This document shows positions 1-8,796 of a DNA stretch of 46,238 nt, piece after piece (position 1 is the first letter of the stretch; every line of letters starts with the position of its first letter). Made by a program: the position numbers and the translations under genes. Under the pieces are notes generated by a model, which searched no databases, was not told where the DNA came from, and saw only the letters and a list, made by a program, of their open reading frames with translations. Location of the stretch: positions 1 to 46,238 of the IMG/VR virus record IMGVR_UViG_3300033141_002325; one strand, given 5' to 3'. This DNA is from a virus.

Positions 1-114
1 AAGATAAGTATGGTAATCCTACTGTGTTCATCTACATCGACACGATCAAGCACGAAGATTCTCTTCTCGAACTGTTGATGGAATCTCCTGAGTGGGCAAG
101 TATTCGTTTAAGTA
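1..114. repeat. Terminal overlap, copy 1 (identical to 46125-46238): circular-assembly overlap or short terminal redundancy
   Basis: The first 114 nt (aagataagtatggtaatcc...tattcgtttaagta) recur base for base as the last 114 nt of the window. Unique length is therefore 46124 bp. Confidence 0.95.
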
Positions 115-941
115 TTTGTGATAGCAACTACAACACGATGGACGAAAACTATATGACCACTGAGGAGATTAAGGAGGAAGTTGAGCAACATCGTAATAAG
201 GGTTTGATGGACTTATTCTATATGGAGCGGATGAATATTCCTATCTCTATTGAAGATGCAGTTTTCAAGGAGGAATATTTTAGGTACTTTGAAGATCAGG
301 GTGATAATCTTGTTATTTATAAGGTTGACGAAAAGGGAAATTCGGTTAAGGAGGAGGTTCCTACTTCTCGTCTTCTTCACGTTGTGATTTGCGATCCTGC
401 GAAAACTGTTCAGCTTCACTCTGCCGAAAGTGCAGTTGTAACTATTGCAGTTGATCGAGAGAGCCATAAGATTTTCGTGAGGGAGATCTTTAATGAGAAA
501 GTTCGACCAGACGCTTTATATGATGCTATGTTTGACCAAGTCTTGCAATTCAATGCAAGGATTCTTGGTGTTGAAGTTACATCGCTTCACCAATTCATTA
601 GTCAGCCCATTGAGAATGAAATGCGAGTTCGTGGGATTTATCCTACTTACCTCGAGCTGAATGCTGTAGGAAAGAAACCAGATCGTGTTGCCACGCTTTC
701 ACCACTTTATAAGCTTGGTTACATATATCACAATAAGAATAATTGTGGTCCTTTGGAAGCCCAACTTCGTTGGTTTCCTCGTTCTAAGTACTGGGACGTG
801 ATGGACGCAACTGCTTACATAACTAAAATAATGGACGAGCTGGCTTACTATTTTGATCCTGAGGATTTTGGTGAAGATGCAGAGGCAGAGTATGATGAGC
901 TTGTTTATGAAGAACCAGTCGATAATTGGAGAGCAGTCTAA
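1..941 (+). CDS. terL: Terminase large subunit, C-terminal (nuclease) part; continuation of the ORF that starts at 45542 and runs off the window end
   Basis: The frame of track ORF 24..941 is open from base 3. It is in phase with 45542..46238 once the overlap is collapsed (46148 equals 24; 46148-45542 = 606 = 3x202). The joined protein is 507 aa. Stop TAA at 939-941. Confidence 0.9.
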   Translation, partial: DKYGNPTVFIYIDTIKHEDSLLELLMESPEWASIRLSICDSNYNTMDENYMTTEEIKEEVEQHRNKGLMDLFYMERMNIPISIEDAVFKEEYFRYFEDQGDNLVIYKVDEKGNSVKEEVPTSRLLHVVICDPAKTVQLHSAESAVVTIAVDRESHKIFVREIFNEKVRPDALYDAMFDQVLQFNARILGVEVTSLHQFISQPIENEMRVRGIYPTYLELNAVGKKPDRVATLSPLYKLGYIYHNKNNCGPLEAQLRWFPRSKYWDVMDATAYITKIMDELAYYFDPEDFGEDAEAEYDELVYEEPVDNWRAV

Positions 942-2476
942 TGGCTGAGAAGAAAATTTACATAGGTTCTGTAGGACCTTTCTTGTTTGACGATGATAGT
1001 CTTATTGATGATGAAGATGGGGATTTTGCAGGAGTTTATCAAAAGGCTTTAGTTTCTGATAAGCAAATGGTGATTACAGAGACTCCTTCTGCAGATGAGC
1101 ATGTCCTTCGTTTGCAAGATATGGCAGGAAGGGTTCTTGCTCCTGTTGCAGTAAGTGACATAGATGATCCTTCAACAGAGCTTGGTGCTTTATCTGGTGC
1201 TGCAGGTGTGCTTGTTGTAGTTTATCAAGTAGGTGCTGATGAAGACGAAAGTACTCTTTATTCTTGGGATAGCGCTGTTAGTACTGGCGTTGATGTTCCT
1301 TTTGTTGTAGCAGGTTCAAGTGGATTTTGGATAGCTAGGGCAGGAAAATATAATAATGATCAAGATATTCAAGATACAGATGTAGAGATTTATGGAACTT
1401 CTTATACAGCTCGAGATGGGTTTGACGCAGCACTCAGAAATGGAATTGGTTCGGGACTTACTGTTACTGATGAAGGTGGACTTAACGTTAGCTGGACTGA
1501 AGGAATAGCTTTTGTTGACGGTTCTGTGTTTAGTGTAAATGCTGCTGGGGCGACTGGTCTAACAAATAATGCAACTAATTATCTTTATGTCTTGAAGAAT
1601 AACTCTACGCTTCAAATTTCAACTACTGAGCCTGATGAAGATGTTGTTGGAGAGTTTGCGTTAGTAGCAAAGTACAATACTTATGATGGAGATATAATTC
1701 ATTCTTGTACTTTCCCTCTTATGTCTGGAGGATTGAGGTTTATAATTTGGTACTTTCTTCAGAAAATAGCTCCAGCGGCGGTTGTCTCTGGATGTGCTTG
1801 TTCCATAGATACAGATGCTACAAATTCTAATGATTTTAAGATAGGAACTGGGGAGTATTTTCTAAATCCCTTCTGTAGTAAAAAGATAGAAACTATCATT
1901 TACTCAGCAGGTTCCGGGCATGGAGCGAATAATGTCCAAGCTCATTTTCATACAGCAAGTGCTTGGGATACAGCATTAGAGAATGGAGTAAACTTTGGCT
2001 ATTGGGATAATGGAGTTCAGAAAACAGCAGTTACTGGGAATAAGTGGTATTGTGGCTGGGTGTATGTTTTAGGTACTGATACGATTCTATACGTCTATCC
2101 TCAAACAGAACATGCTAAGGAAGCAGATGCTCAAGAGGAGGAAATAGTTTATCCGCCTTATCATCAGGGTTATGTTCTTCCAGTAGCAAGGTTTGTGTTT
2201 AGAGGAAGTGCCACCGCCTTTGCTTATAATGCTTATTTCGCAGACATCAGACCTTTCTTGGGAGCAGTAGGTAATGGAGCTTCAATTCAGAATATCTACC
2301 AAACTGTCACCGGAGACACCGGTTCAACTACGGCAACTGAAAGTGATGATTCGCTGGCGATTGAAGGAGGGACTGGAATAGAGACAGAAGTAACAGCGGA
2401 TAAAATAACAATTAGTGCGACTGGTGGTGGCGGTGGAGTAGCTTTCGCAACCGCTGCTACTTTAGGAACTTTATAG
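941..2476 (+). CDS. Hypothetical protein, possibly a virion or fibre component
   Basis: Track ORF 926..2476. ATG at 941 overlaps the terL stop (TAATG). 511 aa with an acidic N-terminus and a Gly-rich C-terminus (SATGGGGGVAF). I can name no motif. Confidence 0.6.
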   Translation: MAEKKIYIGSVGPFLFDDDSLIDDEDGDFAGVYQKALVSDKQMVITETPSADEHVLRLQDMAGRVLAPVAVSDIDDPSTELGALSGAAGVLVVVYQVGADEDESTLYSWDSAVSTGVDVPFVVAGSSGFWIARAGKYNNDQDIQDTDVEIYGTSYTARDGFDAALRNGIGSGLTVTDEGGLNVSWTEGIAFVDGSVFSVNAAGATGLTNNATNYLYVLKNNSTLQISTTEPDEDVVGEFALVAKYNTYDGDIIHSCTFPLMSGGLRFIIWYFLQKIAPAAVVSGCACSIDTDATNSNDFKIGTGEYFLNPFCSKKIETIIYSAGSGHGANNVQAHFHTASAWDTALENGVNFGYWDNGVQKTAVTGNKWYCGWVYVLGTDTILYVYPQTEHAKEADAQEEEIVYPPYHQGYVLPVARFVFRGSATAFAYNAYFADIRPFLGAVGNGASIQNIYQTVTGDTGSTTATESDDSLAIEGGTGIETEVTADKITISATGGGGGVAFATAATLGTL

Positions 2477-2485
2477 GAGAATAAT

Positions 2486-3496
2486 ATGCTATGCCTTAAT
2501 TCGACAGGTGTAATAGAGGGCGGGGCCTCAGTTGATGCTGTTGTAGACTACCATCTCAGCGGGCTTGTAGGAACTACATTCACACAACTTGCAGCCGGAA
2601 CATTAAGTGATACCTTGACAGCGGCTTTATACACTGCTGGTGCTGCGGTTTCAATCGTCAACATTACTTTGGTTAATACCCATAGTGCAGCGGTGAATGT
2701 GACGCTGAGACTTGACCCTGCGAATGGAGGGAATCCTCGTTATATTATCCCTGAAACTATTTCTCTTGGAGCAGGATATTCGCTTCATACGGACGGAACT
2801 AAAATTGTAGTAATGGATGCGAGTGGAAGGATATTGAAGGGCTATGCCAATCATGCAGATGAACATAAGGTTGGTGGAGTTGATGATTTACTGACCTCCC
2901 CCACCCTCGTAACCCCTGCCCTCGGCACGCCTGCTTCAGGTGTGTTGACAAATTGTACGGGATTACCCACATCAGGTTTATCAACTCAAGCTTTTGCGGC
3001 AGGTATTGGTATAGGTGGAGCATCTGCGCAAACAGGAGGTGTCGCCTTCCCAGCCACAGCCGTACCAAGTGCTGACCCTAATACGTTGGATGATTATGAG
3101 GAGGGGACATGGACGCCGGTTCTTATAGGCAACACCACACCCGGAAATCCCACCTATAACTATCAGTATGGGGAATACGAAAAGATAGGCAGGCAGGTTA
3201 CTATCCGTGAGAGAGTGTTTCTTGCTGCAAAAGGAACAATAGCGGGCAATGTCCGGATTACAGGTTTACCATTTACATCGAGTTCGGCTGTCAGTGCCAA
3301 AATGTCATCAATTCATTTTGGTTATGTTACCAGTCTTACTATCTCAGCCGGTGAAAGTTTAGCAGGTTATATACCTCAAAATGTAGATTACATTAATGTA
3401 CAAATTTGGAACGCAACTGCTGGAACAACTGCGCTTGTGGATACCGAAATAACTGATGAAACATCATTTGCTTGTGCAGGAAGCTATAGGATATAA
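2486..3496 (+). CDS. Tail-fibre-like / receptor-binding-like protein
   Basis: 336 aa with ggag upstream of the ATG. The segments PTLVTPALGTPASGVLTNCTGLP and DDYEEGTWTP resemble motifs I recall from phage tail-fibre proteins. This is recollection and needs a search. Confidence 0.55.
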   Translation: MLCLNSTGVIEGGASVDAVVDYHLSGLVGTTFTQLAAGTLSDTLTAALYTAGAAVSIVNITLVNTHSAAVNVTLRLDPANGGNPRYIIPETISLGAGYSLHTDGTKIVVMDASGRILKGYANHADEHKVGGVDDLLTSPTLVTPALGTPASGVLTNCTGLPTSGLSTQAFAAGIGIGGASAQTGGVAFPATAVPSADPNTLDDYEEGTWTPVLIGNTTPGNPTYNYQYGEYEKIGRQVTIRERVFLAAKGTIAGNVRITGLPFTSSSAVSAKMSSIHFGYVTSLTISAGESLAGYIPQNVDYINVQIWNATAGTTALVDTEITDETSFACAGSYRI

Positions 3497-3507
3497 GGAG
3501 GCTCAAA

Positions 3508-4017
3508 ATGAATAAAAATATGAAATACCATCACTCAATAACTGAAAACGGCAATCTTCAATTAAGAATAATCACCGAATATCAGGATGAAGAAGGTAAG
3601 GTCTTAGATAAGAAATACTCAGACCCCGTAACCCCTGCCGACACAAAAGACATGACAGGCTGGGATGATAAGTCTAAGGATATTGTTGAGGCGATAACTG
3701 ACCCGGATGTGAGAGCAGAATTTGAGTCACACCAACAACCTATTGGAACTGAAAGCTTTCAATCATTGACAACCTATGACAGAGTAATTGATGATTTCGG
3801 CAGAATATCAGTCAGGCAAATAAACAGAATCTTTGATAACGGTGAAGAGGTAAGTAAAAAATATCACCGAAGCTGGATAATGCCGGGGGATGACACTTCA
3901 AAAGCGGATGTGATAAGTAAGGCTGTTGCAGATAAACTGCATACTCAGGAAGTTATAGACGCATTTAAGGCGAAGATGGCAGAGTTAGAAATGGAACTGA
4001 ATATCAAAGAAAAGTAG
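3508..4017 (+). CDS. Hypothetical protein
   Basis: 169-aa ORF with RBS aaggagg 6 nt upstream of the ATG, packed tightly after the previous gene. Confidence 0.7.
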   Translation: MNKNMKYHHSITENGNLQLRIITEYQDEEGKVLDKKYSDPVTPADTKDMTGWDDKSKDIVEAITDPDVRAEFESHQQPIGTESFQSLTTYDRVIDDFGRISVRQINRIFDNGEEVSKKYHRSWIMPGDDTSKADVISKAVADKLHTQEVIDAFKAKMAELEMELNIKEK

Positions 4018-4029
4018 CGGAGCAGAAAA

Positions 4030-4233
4030 ATGACAACTGAAATTGAACTGGCAGAAATAAGAAAAGACCTCAAATACATTAGGGAAACTGTGTGTGAGAT
4101 TAAGACCTCAGTTTACGGTAACGGCTCAAAAGGGTTAAAGGCAAGGATGATTGAAGTCGAGATCAAGTATTGGATCATCTTGGTTTTGCTCGTTCCGGTT
4201 GAGATTTGGATAATTAGGGGAATACTAAATTGA
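4030..4233 (+). CDS. Small protein with a C-terminal transmembrane helix
   Basis: 67 aa with a hydrophobic stretch YWIILVLLVPVEIWII at the C-terminus. The stop directly abuts palindrome copy 1. Confidence 0.6.
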   Translation: MTTEIELAEIRKDLKYIRETVCEIKTSVYGNGSKGLKARMIEVEIKYWIILVLLVPVEIWIIRGILN

Positions 4234-4256
4234 CTATGGGGGATTTTTCCCCAAAG
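4234..4256 (+). repeat. G4-N7-C4 quasi-palindrome, copy 1
   Basis: CTATGGGGGATTTTTCCCCAAAG. It starts directly after the stop TGA at 4231-4233. The AAAG flank runs into aaagagga (SD) and the portal ATG at 4267. Confidence 0.85.
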
Positions 4257-4266
4257 AGGAAATGAA

Positions 4267-7200
4267 ATGCCTAATATAGTAGTAGGAAATCCAGAAAATG
4301 TTTATGCAGATTCTACAATATTAGATAAGGATCTAGGTTACGATTATCCTTATGGTCTCGACTTAAGGCCTGGTTCTAAGATCCATGATAAGATCAAGGC
4401 TGAGGTGATGACGAGGGCAAGAGAGAGTCATGCTCTTATTTCTAATCGAGTAGATTCGTGGAATCAGGTAGAGCGTGTAATGACAGCTTATGTTGATCTT
4501 TCTGAGAAAGAAGAAGACATTAAAAATAGTGATTCAAGAAAGCCTGTCTCAATAGTGTTTCCTTATACTTATGTCATTTTAGAGACAGTTCTTACTTATT
4601 TGATTACTGTGTTTCTCAATGATCCTATCTTTCGTTATAAAGGAAGCTCACCCGAAGATACTATCGGAACTATTATGCTTGAAAAGGTAGTTCAAAATCA
4701 AAGCAATTTCTTCAAAGTTGACTTGGCTCTTTATACATTTTTGCGTGACTCGTTAGTTTATGGAATTGGTGCTTGTGCCCCTGTGTGGAAAAAGAGAATG
4801 GGCATGAAGATCAGAGAAAGAAAGAGCGGATTGCTTGATTTCTTTAGAGGTCACGGAGAAAGGGTTTACGAAGAAGGAATTATCTATGAGGGTAACAAGC
4901 TCGAGAACATTGATCCTTATCTTTACTTACCTGATCCACGAGTTCCCTCACAAAAGATTCAAGAGGGTGAGTATGTAGGATGGATAGATAAAACCTCGAG
5001 AATGGCTTTACTTCGAGAGGAAAAGAATTCTGATGATATGTTTAATGCTAAGTACTTGAAAGCCATTATGATGAAGAGAAGTTCTATCTTTACGGCAGGT
5101 GAATCAGACAGAAATAAGAAAACTGGTATAAGTGACTATGCTTCTTATGACACAAGAATTCATAATCCCGTGGATGTCATCTATATGTATGTTGATCTTA
5201 TTCCAAAGGAATGGGAACTTGGGACGAGTGAGTATCCTGAAAAGTGGTTGTTTGGATTAGGGAATGATGGAATAGTTCTCAAGGCTAAGAAGCTTGGCCT
5301 AGCTCATGGGATGTATCCTATCGCAGTTGCATCTCCTGATTTTGATGGTTATTCAGTTCTTCCGCTGGCAAGAAGTGAGATGCTTTATGGAATGCAAACT
5401 GTTTTGGATTGGCTCTTTAACTGCTATGATGATCAAACAGAAGTTTTAACAGATACTGGATGGAAGCTTATTAAAGACGCTCAGATAGATAATAATAAGG
5501 TAGCGACAGTAGATCCTGAGTTATTAACTCTTACTTTTGAATATCCTAAAGAGTGGTTTGAGTATGATTATGAAGGGTATATGATGAACTTTAAGTCGTC
5601 TAATATTGATGTATGTGTTACTCCTAATCATAATATGTTTGTTAAAAGAAGATATGAGAGATCGGGAGTGTTTGACGAGTGGCAATTTAAACCAGCCGCT
5701 TTTTTAGGGGATACTGAATATAAGACTATTGGTAATGTTAATTGGAAAGGTAGTCAAGGTCAATCTGTTATTTTAGAAGGAGTAGCTCCTCTTAGAAATA
5801 GAGGAAAAAGACAAAGATACAAAGACGTAGAGATTCAATCTGATCTACTAGCTGGTTTTTTAGGATGGTTTTTAAGTGAAGGCTCAATAAGTCATGGGAA
5901 ATCTTCTGGTAGCTATGCAGTAGCTATAAAACAATCGAAAGGAGAAAACTATAAAGACCTTGATGCTATCTTTGATTCTATGCCTTTTCATGTTAATAGA
6001 ACTTATGACCTGAACAAATTTTCCTGTCAATGGACTATCACTGATAGACGTTTATACGACTGGCTGGAGAAAAACTGTTATGAGGGTGGTACAACAGGAG
6101 AATTTAAAAAAGTTCCTGGCTTTGTGAGAGACTGGGATGAATTTACTCTTAAGTTACTTTTTGATAGAGCTATGGCAGGCGATGGACATTGGATAGCTGG
6201 ACATTCTAATCTTGGTCAGTATGGTTCTAAGAGTAAACAGTTAGTAGATGATATGCAAGAAATAGCAATAAAATTAGGCTATTTCTCGCACATCCATGAA
6301 GGTAAAACACCTCTTGGAGATTCTTTTTATTCTCTAAATATTAATACTAGAAGTGTTTATCCTACGATTGCACCAAGAAATTGTTTTAAATCTAAATATA
6401 AGGGAAAGATCTATAGCTTTGAAAATTCTACGCATTTGACGGTGACACGTCGAGGAGGGAAAATAGCTGTTTGTGGGCAGTCTCATATAGCAAATGTCCG
6501 AAAGTCTATCAATGATATGCTAGTAGTTGATCCTTATCTTGTGAACATCGCAGACTTGAAAGATCCTGAGCCTGGAAAGCTGATAAGAATGAGACGTCCT
6601 GCTTGGGGAAAAGGAGTCAAAGACGCGGTACAGCAACTGATGGTCAACGATATCACAAGAGGAAACATTGGTGACTCTGCTATGATTGTTCAGTGGATGC
6701 AGAAGATAGGTGCGGCTGATGAGAGCATGATGGGAGCCTTGCGTCAGGGAGGTCCTGAACGTCTCACGGGTCAGGAATTTCAGGGGACAAGGGCAGGAGC
6801 TGTGGGAAGGTTGGAAAAGGTTGCAAAGGTTATAGGCTCGCAGGGAATGCGTGACATAGCTTATATGTTTGCCTCTCACAATCAACAGCTGATGTCGCAA
6901 GAAACTTACATTGATGTGGTAGGAACGTGGCAAAGTGAGTTGTCTGCTGTTTTTGGAGATGTTTCTAAGTTAAAGGTTACTCCTTGGGACTTACTAATCA
7001 ACTATGACGTGGTTGTTCAGGATGGGAGTACTCCAGGAAATTCGGATGCTAAGTCTTGGATTAGACTCTATGATGTTCTTTCCAAGAATCCTGAGTTAAG
7101 TAAGCAGTTTGATATGGTTAGAATTTTCGAACATATAGCTACTGAAATGGGAGCGAAGAATGTTCAAAACTTTAGAATCAATCCCAAAGTTGTTCCTGAC

Positions 7201-7275
7201 GAAGTTGCCATGCGGGAGCGAGAGAAGGGAAATATAGTTCCTATGGAAATGGGAGGAATGGGAGGTAGGATGTGA
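4267..7275 (+). CDS. Portal protein interrupted by an intein (extein about 649 aa)
   Basis: 1002-aa ORF upstream of the scaffold and capsid genes. Removing residues 386-738 joins ...TVLDWLFN to SHIANVRKSINDMLVVDP... The portal call rests on size and gene order only. Confidence 0.75.
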   Translation: MPNIVVGNPENVYADSTILDKDLGYDYPYGLDLRPGSKIHDKIKAEVMTRARESHALISNRVDSWNQVERVMTAYVDLSEKEEDIKNSDSRKPVSIVFPYTYVILETVLTYLITVFLNDPIFRYKGSSPEDTIGTIMLEKVVQNQSNFFKVDLALYTFLRDSLVYGIGACAPVWKKRMGMKIRERKSGLLDFFRGHGERVYEEGIIYEGNKLENIDPYLYLPDPRVPSQKIQEGEYVGWIDKTSRMALLREEKNSDDMFNAKYLKAIMMKRSSIFTAGESDRNKKTGISDYASYDTRIHNPVDVIYMYVDLIPKEWELGTSEYPEKWLFGLGNDGIVLKAKKLGLAHGMYPIAVASPDFDGYSVLPLARSEMLYGMQTVLDWLFNCYDDQTEVLTDTGWKLIKDAQIDNNKVATVDPELLTLTFEYPKEWFEYDYEGYMMNFKSSNIDVCVTPNHNMFVKRRYERSGVFDEWQFKPAAFLGDTEYKTIGNVNWKGSQGQSVILEGVAPLRNRGKRQRYKDVEIQSDLLAGFLGWFLSEGSISHGKSSGSYAVAIKQSKGENYKDLDAIFDSMPFHVNRTYDLNKFSCQWTITDRRLYDWLEKNCYEGGTTGEFKKVPGFVRDWDEFTLKLLFDRAMAGDGHWIAGHSNLGQYGSKSKQLVDDMQEIAIKLGYFSHIHEGKTPLGDSFYSLNINTRSVYPTIAPRNCFKSKYKGKIYSFENSTHLTVTRRGGKIAVCGQSHIANVRKSINDMLVVDPYLVNIADLKDPEPGKLIRMRRPAWGKGVKDAVQQLMVNDITRGNIGDSAMIVQWMQKIGAADESMMGALRQGGPERLTGQEFQGTRAGAVGRLEKVAKVIGSQGMRDIAYMFASHNQQLMSQETYIDVVGTWQSELSAVFGDVSKLKVTPWDLLINYDVVVQDGSTPGNSDAKSWIRLYDVLSKNPELSKQFDMVRIFEHIATEMGAKNVQNFRINPKVVPDEVAMREREKGNIVPMEMGGMGGRM
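5422..6480 (+). mobile_element. Intein with a LAGLIDADG homing-endonuclease domain (353 aa) inside the portal gene
   Basis: Block A is CYDDQTEVLTDTGWKLIKD (Cys1 at 5422-5424). Block B is VCVTPNHNMF. The two LAGLIDADG motifs are LAGFLGWFLSEGSI and LLFDRAMAGDGHW. Blocks F/G are KIYSFENSTHLTVTRRGGKIAVCGQ, followed by Ser +1 at 6481-6483. Confidence 0.85.
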
Positions 7276-7520
7276 CCTACAAGAGTAGTCCTAGGATGTT
7301 CGAAGAGTTTTTAAAATCTTCTCTTTGGGCAGATATAGATCATGAGTTAGACTTATGGCTGGAAGATATTCGACAAGCTTTGGAAAGTGCTGATGAGCAT
7401 ACTGCTCTTCTAAGACTTCAAGGAAGTGCGGAGTTTGTGAGGAAAGTGAAAAATCTTCCTGCGAACGTGCTAGAAAATATAAAAGAAGATATAGAAAGAG
7501 AAAGTAAGGAGGAAAAGTAA
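7272..7520 (+). CDS. Hypothetical small acidic protein
   Basis: 82 aa. GTG at 7272 overlaps the portal stop (ATGTGA), with ggagg 6 nt upstream. An alternative ATG lies at 7296. Confidence 0.6.
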   Translation: MTYKSSPRMFEEFLKSSLWADIDHELDLWLEDIRQALESADEHTALLRLQGSAEFVRKVKNLPANVLENIKEDIERESKEEK

Positions 7521-8405
7521 ATGGTTTATGATTTAAGTAAAGAAATTGATGAGATGATTGGGGTGGCAGTTGAAACCCCTGTTGAGACTCCACCTGTTGA
7601 AGAACCTCCGGTGGGGACACAAACTGAGCTTCCATTAGAGGAACCTCCTGTTGAGGAGCCTCCAGAAGTTCCCCCAGAAGAGCCGCCTGTTGGTGAGTCT
7701 CCCGTCGAGGAGCCCCCAATAGTTGTGCCAGAAGAGCCTCCCGCCGTGGAAGAGCCTTCAGAAGAAACTAGGGAAGAACTTCTAGATAGAGTCAAGAAGC
7801 TTACGGAAAGAGTTGAAGAGCTTACTATTTTAGAGCCTGTTAGTGTTGCTCCTGTTGAGGAGCCTCCTGAGAAACCAGTTGCAGTCGCGCCGGTGGAGAC
7901 ACCTGTCAAACCTGTAGAGGAAGTTGGAAATATTGATTTTCTTGGAGGTGCTACTATTGATGATGTGCTGGATAATAAAGAAGCGCTTAATAAGCTTCTT
8001 AATTCCGTTGTAGTGCAAGCATCTGGGACTGCTCAAAGAAAGGCTTATGAGAAGGTTTTACTTTCTATTCCTGATTTAGTTCTTGGACATATTAATAGAC
8101 AGTCAGTGATTACTAAAATGGTCTCTGATTTCTACGAAGCTAATGATGATCTGATTCCTGTGAAGAAGACTGTTGGTGCTGTTGCTAACACTGTTCACGC
8201 TGAGCATCCTGATTGGCAGCTTGAAGAAGTTTTCAAAGAATCTGCGGTTCGTACGAGGGCTGTCTTAGGTCTGAGAAAGAAGGTTGAGAAGAAAGAAATT
8301 CCTGCTATAGGTGATCCTGCTTTTGTTAAAACAGGAGGAGGAAAAACTGTGAAGAAAGTAGGGACAGCTCTTCAAGATGAAATAAACGAATTACTAACTA
8401 ATTAG
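7521..8405 (+). CDS. Scaffolding protein candidate
   Basis: 294 aa and very acidic, with about 12 imperfect P-V-E-E-P repeats in the N-terminal half. It lies between the portal and capsid genes. Confidence 0.6.
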   Translation: MVYDLSKEIDEMIGVAVETPVETPPVEEPPVGTQTELPLEEPPVEEPPEVPPEEPPVGESPVEEPPIVVPEEPPAVEEPSEETREELLDRVKKLTERVEELTILEPVSVAPVEEPPEKPVAVAPVETPVKPVEEVGNIDFLGGATIDDVLDNKEALNKLLNSVVVQASGTAQRKAYEKVLLSIPDLVLGHINRQSVITKMVSDFYEANDDLIPVKKTVGAVANTVHAEHPDWQLEEVFKESAVRTRAVLGLRKKVEKKEIPAIGDPAFVKTGGGKTVKKVGTALQDEINELLTN

Positions 8406-8418
8406 GAGGTAACTAATT

Positions 8419-8784
8419 ATGACGATTGAGAATAGAGCCGAGGCTTTAGGAGGAATAGGCATCGGGGATTATAGGTCGAGTGGGTCGCTCTCGCAAAGTG
8501 GGAAGGTAGTTTTTGCTACTACTACTCTCACTATGGACATAAACGATCAGGTTGTCCGTTGTGACTCGTCTGCTGGTGTTTTTACTGTAACATTGCCGTC
8601 GATTAGAGAGGCAGCTGGCAGAATTTATTCTATTATGCTTGTTACTGATGGTGGAAATGTAACTATCGAAGACAAAAGTGGTGATGCTGGTCTTTCTGAC
8701 ATTTCCTTAACAGCAGCTAATGATTATAGCATTCTGTACTCTGATGGCTATGTCTGGCGTACTCTTGTTGAAGTGAGTACATAG
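8419..8784 (+). CDS. Hypothetical beta-rich protein (possible head decoration or structural protein)
   Basis: 121-aa ORF with RBS aggagg upstream, located in the head module. Confidence 0.55.
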   Translation: MTIENRAEALGGIGIGDYRSSGSLSQSGKVVFATTTLTMDINDQVVRCDSSAGVFTVTLPSIREAAGRIYSIMLVTDGGNVTIEDKSGDAGLSDISLTAANDYSILYSDGYVWRTLVEVST

Positions 8785-8796
8785 GAGGTGATGATT

